The notes below the pieces were generated by a model. It made no database searches and was not told where the DNA came from. It saw nothing but the letters and a program-made list of their open reading frames with translations. From a virus (lineage: Duplodnaviria > Heunggongvirae > Uroviricota > Caudoviricetes): a DNA stretch of 6,610 nucleotides. Made by a program: the position numbers and the translations under genes. Shown in pieces: positions 6,098 to 6,610 of this stretch (the first letter of the stretch is position 1; every line of letters begins with the position of its first letter). The stretch is taken from IMG/VR virus record IMGVR_UViG_2706794697_000006; one strand, 5' to 3'.

Positions 6098-6261
6098 GCC
6101 GTAGCCCCTTCTTGATATTTTTCAAACCAGAACACAACCGGCTCTGCTTCCAGCGATGCCAGCGCAATCCGTGCCAGTTCCATTTGTTCACCACGGGTAA
6201 GCCCGTTTTCAAGCGGGTTTTTAATGAACAATTCAATACGTTCTTTGGTAATAGTGGTCAT
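6094..6261 (-). CDS. Hypothetical protein (55 aa, ORF A), first gene of a three-ORF coupled cassette
   Basis: ATG at 6261 with GGAG 7 nt upstream. Translation [55 protein letters not shown]. It is below the ORF-track cutoff. Its stop overlaps the ORF B start. Confidence 0.55.
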   Translation of the reverse strand: MTTITKERIELFIKNPLENGLTRGEQMELARIALASLEAEPVVFWFEKYQEGATA

Positions 6262-6271
6262 GTGTTACTCC

Positions 6272-6470
6272 TTAACCCGCAGTGCTTTCAACTGATGAGG
6301 GGAACAAAATCTTTTCATCAAACCCTGCATTCATATCATGAACAGCAACACACCAATCCATCGACGAACGATTATCAAGAGCCTCCATGATTTCATCCAT
6401 GCGGCGTAGGTCATACAGGTAAATGCTTTTATCGCCAATGGTGTAAAAGCCAATTTTTTTCGGTGATGGA
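6272..6470 (-). pseudogene. 3' fragment of an unidentified prophage gene truncated by the IS insertion (66 native codons)
   Basis: Open frame ending in TAA at 6272-6274 runs without a start codon up to the IS boundary at 6471. Native translation ...HPSPKKIGFYTIGDKSIYLYDLRRMDEIMEALDNRSSMDWCVAVHDMNAGFDEKILFPSSVESTAG. The frame continues into the IS to an ATG at 6502. Confidence 0.5.
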
Positions 6471-6610
6471 TGAGGTGTACTGGCAATAGCGGACACTACC
6501 ATTTGTTCTTTTTTTAAGCAGCCATCTGATGATATTTTTCCCTGAAGGCTGCCGGGGAGATATTCCCCAGACGAGAGTGACGACGCTGACGATTGTAGAA
6601 AATCTCAATG
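6471..6610 (-). mobile_element. IS3-family insertion sequence, right-end fragment (copy B, inverted); body lies right of the window
   Basis: Exact reverse complement of 1-140. The terminus faces into the window. Confidence 0.8.
6514..6609 (-). CDS. IS3-family transposase C-terminal fragment (copy B); 5' end outside window
   Basis: Mirror image of the 2-97 fragment, with the same translation ...EIFYNRQRRHSRLGNISPAAFREKYHQMAA. Confidence 0.75.
   Translation of the reverse strand: MEIFYNRQRRHSRLGNISPAAFREKYHQMAA

Noticed and set aside
6045-6390. ORFs 6045-6236 (minus) and 6112-6390 (plus)
   Set aside because: Out of frame with or antisense to ORF A and ORF B, which are supported by an RBS, ATGA coupling and paralogy.
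1-6610. CRISPR array or tandem direct repeats
   Set aside because: No regularly spaced direct repeats were found. The only repeats are the IS ends and the two stem-loop modules.

Overview
This window is a lambdoid-prophage segment whose genes all run on the minus strand, bracketed by two identical 140-bp IS3-family right-end fragments in inverted orientation (1-140 and 6471-6610). Reading in the direction of transcription (high to low coordinates): an IS-truncated gene, a translationally coupled cassette of three small ORFs (55 aa, 114 aa, 27-aa hydrophobic peptide), a hok/mok type I toxin locus with its regulatory RNA elements, a rem-like ORF, a DUF968-like protein, RusA, a zinc-finger Q-type antiterminator, a PR'/tR'-like late promoter and terminator, a small winged-helix-like ORF, a DPPY-class DNA methyltransferase running into a 210-nt N-run, a partial tRNA, tRNA-Arg(UCU), a strong terminator, and about 400 bp of structured non-coding DNA ending at the IS. 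No stx genes, lysis genes, CRISPR array or recognisable multi-gene defence system are present. The best candidates for something undescribed are the three-ORF coupled cassette next to hok, the small regulator-plus-orphan-methylase pair, and the covarying stem-loop modules downstream of the tRNAs. Every family assignment is from motif recognition by eye; no database search was possible.
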